Shown here piece by piece: positions 60,006-64,000 of a DNA stretch of 64,000 nucleotides. The number at the start of each line of letters is the position of its first letter. Positions within the stretch are counted from its first letter, which is position 1. Below the pieces are notes generated by a model. It was not told where the DNA came from. It worked only from the letters and a program-made list of their open reading frames with translations, and did not search any database. The position numbers and the translations under genes were made by a program. The stretch covers positions 1 to 64,000 of IMG/VR virus record IMGVR_UViG_3300025162_000041, one strand, 5' to 3'. Source of the stretch: a virus.

Positions 60006-60494
60006 TTATGATTGACGCTCAACTAAGTCAATTTTAGATAAGCTTGTATAATGTGTATTTACAATTATGGATAGGGATTTTGTTGGCTGACCTCCCAGAA
60101 ATTGCTCTTGCACTACATCATCAATTTCGTGATAACGATCATTGAAATGTATCAGATCGCCCGTTTGTGGAAAGAAATTGAGTGTCCGCAAATCTTTCTC
60201 CATAAACTTGAAGGCGACATTCTGTTTACGGTCAGGGCCGAAGTCATCGGCGTCTGTAGTAATGTCGGCTCGATCAACCAAACAAACTATATCAATACCT
60301 GGAAAATATTGCTTACCTGCCTTTGGACTGCTTTCACCATAAATATTGGTTTGAGTAACATCGGCGCACATTTTAAAAAGACGTACTTCCGTTTGTATTA
60401 TATCTCCCAATAATTCCTGGTTGATCCCGTCAATAAATGAGATGTCCCGCTCCGAAAAATATCTTCCTGGAAGTTCCATTGCATTATTACCCAT
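60006..60494 (-). CDS. Head closure/neck protein (gp14-like)
   Basis: TNIYGE...FPQTGDLIHF..RYHEI. Confidence 0.7.
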   Translation of the reverse strand: MGNNAMELPGRYFSERDISFIDGINQELLGDIIQTEVRLFKMCADVTQTNIYGESSPKAGKQYFPGIDIVCLVDRADITTDADDFGPDRKQNVAFKFMEKDLRTLNFFPQTGDLIHFNDRYHEIDDVVQEQFLGGQPTKSLSIIVNTHYTSLSKIDLVERQS

Positions 60495-60969
60495 GTATTT
60501 TCAAAAGCTCAAGGGCACGTGCTTCAATTACTTCTAATGCCATGTTCATATTATGTAATTCAGTATCCATCAGTTTGCCTTTTGATGACAGTGATCTTAC
60601 TAATTTTGCCGCTTGAATAATTTCTTTTGCTATTTTAATTTCTCGCTTTTCATTTGGGTCGGATATATCTGTTTCGCCAGGCATGTCTGATTTATCAAAA
60701 TACTGCTGATCCTCATCATCCTTATAACCATATTCTTTGGCCAACATTCTAGCCTCTTGAATAGCAGTTTTCTTGGCTTCTTCTACACTCTTAATATAGC
60801 CAAGCCCAACCCCTTGCAGTTTCTTATATGAAAGTCGTTTGTCTCCTGCACCAAAGACCTTCTTTAAACCTTCCCGAACAAGCTTTGCCTTGGGATTAAC
60901 TTCATCAATACTCTCAGTTATGAGTTTGAATTGATTTCCACCGATATTTTCGAATAGTTTTTGTTTCAT
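60487..60969 (-). CDS. Hypothetical protein
   Basis: Late motif at 60993 favours the MKQKLFE start. Confidence 0.55.
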   Translation of the reverse strand: MKQKLFENIGGNQFKLITESIDEVNPKAKLVREGLKKVFGAGDKRLSYKKLQGVGLGYIKSVEEAKKTAIQEARMLAKEYGYKDDEDQQYFDKSDMPGETDISDPNEKREIKIAKEIIQAAKLVRSLSSKGKLMDTELHNMNMALEVIEARALELLKIHG

Positions 60970-61063
60970 ATACCTTAAAAATTTGTCTATCCTATAAATA
61001 TAAATTGCCGCTATCAATCGGCAATAATAAAATAACTTGATGTTTTATTGTTTTTGACTTATA

Positions 61064-62848
61064 TTGAAAGGTAATATGCGAAAACCCAATACGGATGAAC
61101 TTATTAGTATTATATATCAGAATAAATGTCATTACAGGTCAATAATCAAATCTAAGTTTCCAGAATTACATCTGTTTATAGAAACTGAATATTATGGGAA
61201 TTCGTTCGGGGAAAAGTTATATAGATGGATACACGAAAACTCGGCGGGGGGTGTGTGTAAAGTTTGTCAATCTTCAACCAGGTTCAAAAGTATTTTTGAT
61301 GGATTCCAAACATATTGCTCATCGAGGTGTTCCAATGGAGATATTATAGTTAAACAACTCAAAGAAGATTCTTATTTGAAGAATTGGGGGGTTAAAAATC
61401 CATCTCAAGCAGAAAAAATTAAAGGGAAGAAAAAACAAACTTGCGAGAAACACTTTGGAGTTGATTGCAATTTGAAATTGGGTTCGTGTAAATTACAAAT
61501 CAAAGAAACAAATCGACAAAAATATGGAGTTGATTATCCTCTTCAAAATCAAAGTATATTAGAAAAACAACAGGATACCAATCTGCAACGATATGGGAAA
61601 CGATCTGTCGGTCAAGTAGAAGAATTTAAAACGAAAGCAATTCAAACAAACCTGAGTAAATTCGGAGTAGAGCATCCGATTCAAAACAAAGAAATACACG
61701 CAAAACTAGAAGAAACAAATCTAAAACGGTTCGGAGTTAGGCATATGGCCCAAAGTGATAAATATAGAATTGAAAGGCGAAGAAGATTTTTTGAAACATT
61801 ATTGCATTCCGATAGGTTAAAATCCAGAGTTACTCCGATGTTTGTCTTAGCGGATTTTATCGACTGTAATACTAAAAATAAGTATGATTTCAAATGCAAT
61901 ACATGTGCAAATGTGTTTCAAGATCATTTGGACAATGGACGAATTCCAAGGTGTTATAAATGTTATCCGCTGCTTTATCAGTCTTTTGCCGAAAGAGAAA
62001 TAGCCGATTTTATACGCAATTCTATAGCCGATAAAATAGTTGAAAACGATAGGTCTGCGCTTGGAAATTTGGAATTGGATATTTATATTCCGTCCAGAAA
62101 TTTGGCAATAGAATTCAACGGATTATATTGGCACAGTGAATTGGGAGGTAATAAAAATAAAGATTATCATCTCAATAAAACTGTAAGATGTCAATCGAAA
62201 GGAATAAGACTTATTCAGATATTTGAAGATGAATGGTTACAAAAACAAGACATAGTAAAAAAACGACTTGCTCATTTGTTGGAACTGGACATGTCCAGAA
62301 TATATGCCAGAAACTGCGTTATTATTCCCATTCCTAACGTTCTTTGTGCCGAGTTCTTAGAGAAAAATCATTTGCAAGGAAAAGATAATTCTACTATAAA
62401 ATTAGGAGCATATTATAATAGCGAATTGGTTTCGCTTATGACATTCGGCAAACATAGATTTTCAAAGAATAAAGATGTTTGGGAAATGTATCGTTTTTGT
62501 TCGTCTAAAAATGTGGTTGGAATAGGAGGAAAATTGTTTAAATATTTTGTGAAAAATTATAATCCCAACCAGGTTATTTCCTATGCCGATAGAAGATGGT
62601 CGTCGAATATTGCGTTTTATGAAAAAATTGGATTTCAATCCGAAGGAATGACTCGGCAAGGTTATTATTATATGGACGACTATCGGAATCGATATTATAG
62701 ATTTAACTTTAGAAAATCAGTATTATCTAAAAAATTAAAAGTATATGATTCTAATTTAACCGAATGGGAGAATATGCAATTAAATGGATACGACCGAATA
62801 TGGGATTGCGGAAATTTGAGATATAAATGGACTCCACATAACTTTTAA
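61064..62848 (+). CDS. Hef-like putative homing endonuclease, paralog 3
   Basis: Same motifs as paralogs 1 and 2; inserted antisense within the neck genes. Confidence 0.75.
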   Translation: MKGNMRKPNTDELISIIYQNKCHYRSIIKSKFPELHLFIETEYYGNSFGEKLYRWIHENSAGGVCKVCQSSTRFKSIFDGFQTYCSSRCSNGDIIVKQLKEDSYLKNWGVKNPSQAEKIKGKKKQTCEKHFGVDCNLKLGSCKLQIKETNRQKYGVDYPLQNQSILEKQQDTNLQRYGKRSVGQVEEFKTKAIQTNLSKFGVEHPIQNKEIHAKLEETNLKRFGVRHMAQSDKYRIERRRRFFETLLHSDRLKSRVTPMFVLADFIDCNTKNKYDFKCNTCANVFQDHLDNGRIPRCYKCYPLLYQSFAEREIADFIRNSIADKIVENDRSALGNLELDIYIPSRNLAIEFNGLYWHSELGGNKNKDYHLNKTVRCQSKGIRLIQIFEDEWLQKQDIVKKRLAHLLELDMSRIYARNCVIIPIPNVLCAEFLEKNHLQGKDNSTIKLGAYYNSELVSLMTFGKHRFSKNKDVWEMYRFCSSKNVVGIGGKLFKYFVKNYNPNQVISYADRRWSSNIAFYEKIGFQSEGMTRQGYYYMDDYRNRYYRFNFRKSVLSKKLKVYDSNLTEWENMQLNGYDRIWDCGNLRYKWTPHNF

Positions 62849-62911
62849 CATCTTCGTGGCAAGAAATCCCACTTGCTTTAGCGGGTCTCCTTTAGGGGAT
62901 GGGTAGTTCAT
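62849..62911 (+). mobile_element. 63-bp collapsed IS605 element (left end fused to right end)
   Basis: Target TTAA 62845-62848, guide AAAT 62864-62867, two half hairpins, terminal GGGTAGTTCAT. Confidence 0.75.
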
Positions 62912-64000
62912 AACATGAATAGCAACCCAAACATCCAAAGACCAATATATATATATAAGGGAACTCCCTTCAAAGTATTTTGGAGTTGTTCGGACATTTG
63001 GGCCTGCTTCTCAAGTTGATTGAATCTTCCTGCCGCCTCCAATTGTTCTTTCAAAGTATCCAAAAGTCGTTCTTTTGACTGTTGCGCCTCTGCCCGAAGT
63101 TCTGCTCCATCCAATGTTATCTCTCCCCCAGGAATCGGTATTACTTGATGCTTTTGACGAATTGCGCCAAGGATTTCTTTACAGTTAGCGAGGAAATAAT
63201 CACGAATCCATTGTTTACCTGGGTCATTAATAGTCATGTATGGATGATTTACATACGGAATATCAGCAAAGTCGGAGGAAACCTGCCCCGCAGACCCCGA
63301 AGGTGAAAGACTGCTTGCTTCGTAGCGATCTTGTTCATTAATGTATTCGAGCCATAGTTTGAAACTGGTGGTTGGAATAGGCATGAGCCGAAGGCGGTTG
63401 TTTGCCATTTCAAACGAATAGGCCGACTTGCGAACTAAGTCATTGAACTGAATGGCCTGACCACGAAGTAAATCCTCAAAGATTGGTGTCATTAAGAATT
63501 GAACGGCGGGGCTATAAGCTCCAAATCCAAGTTCTTGTAAAACATTACTATATGACATTCCCGTCATGGAGAATGGGTCATATATACGCGCAAATGCTGG
63601 AGGTCGGTAATGGAACACTCGTTTTACTTCAATGCGGTCACAGTTTTCCAATGTGTTACCAATTAATGCTTGGAGGTCATAATCTTGTTGCATTGGGTTG
63701 ACTTGGATATTTACCTTTTTCCAGTCAAGTTTTCCACCTGTTCCTGCTTCGGAGCCATAATCTTTAGCAATGTTGATAAGTTGCGGGAGGCCAGACCCTT
63801 GGATTACTCGTCCAGTGATAGTTGTATTTCGGTTAAGTCCTTGGAGCGCCAGCATGTTATTGATCATGTTGTACTCGTTGACTTTGGCATTATAAACATT
63901 ACAAGCTTCTTCGAATGCAGCATAGAATTGAATATCGATCATTTCTATAGCAATTGAGGGCCATCCGAGTCGTTTTGTAGCCCACTGCATAGCGTTATAA
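62908..64000 (-). CDS. Neck protein (gp13-like), probably 5'-truncated by the window
   Basis: RLGWPSIAIE, WIRDYFLA.CKEILG.IR.K...IPGGEITLDG.EL; frame open to the window edge. Confidence 0.8.
   Translation of the reverse strand, partial: YNAMQWATKRLGWPSIAIEMIDIQFYAAFEEACNVYNAKVNEYNMINNMLALQGLNRNTTITGRVIQGSGLPQLINIAKDYGSEAGTGGKLDWKKVNIQVNPMQQDYDLQALIGNTLENCDRIEVKRVFHYRPPAFARIYDPFSMTGMSYSNVLQELGFGAYSPAVQFLMTPIFEDLLRGQAIQFNDLVRKSAYSFEMANNRLRLMPIPTTSFKLWLEYINEQDRYEASSLSPSGSAGQVSSDFADIPYVNHPYMTINDPGKQWIRDYFLANCKEILGAIRQKHQVIPIPGGEITLDGAELRAEAQQSKERLLDTLKEQLEAAGRFNQLEKQAQMSEQLQNTLKGVPLYIYIGLWMFGLLFML

Noticed and set aside
1-64000. CRISPR array or tRNA genes
   Set aside because: The repeated hairpins are dispersed transposon ends, not regularly spaced repeats; no cloverleaf was recognised by eye.

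Overview
A 64 kb segment of a large T4-like (jumbo-type) tailed phage genome, read in the standard genetic code. It holds baseplate/tail-type genes (1-9.2 kb), primase and an Mre11/Rad50 (gp47/gp46-like) unit, the head module (terminase, portal, prohead protease, scaffold, major capsid protein), accessory enzymes, and minus-strand neck, tail-completion and tail-spike genes. The segment is heavily colonised by selfish DNA: six inteins in three head genes (four in the portal, one starting with Pro), several free-standing endonucleases (one splitting Mre11-Rad50), and two tnpB elements. The least explained structure is a dispersed family of about ten IS200/IS605-end elements with no tnpA in the window. 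All 13 scorable ends obey an IS608-type 4-nt guide/cleavage-site pairing rule but use different target words (TGAA, TTAC, TTAT, TCAT, TTAA). Most of these words coincide with phage expression signals: the late-promoter core, the antisense of ATGA, and stop codons. Several elements are ORF-less promoter+omegaRNA cassettes that appear to supply an RBS or a stop codon to the gene they land beside. All calls come from reading motifs by eye; no database searches were run.
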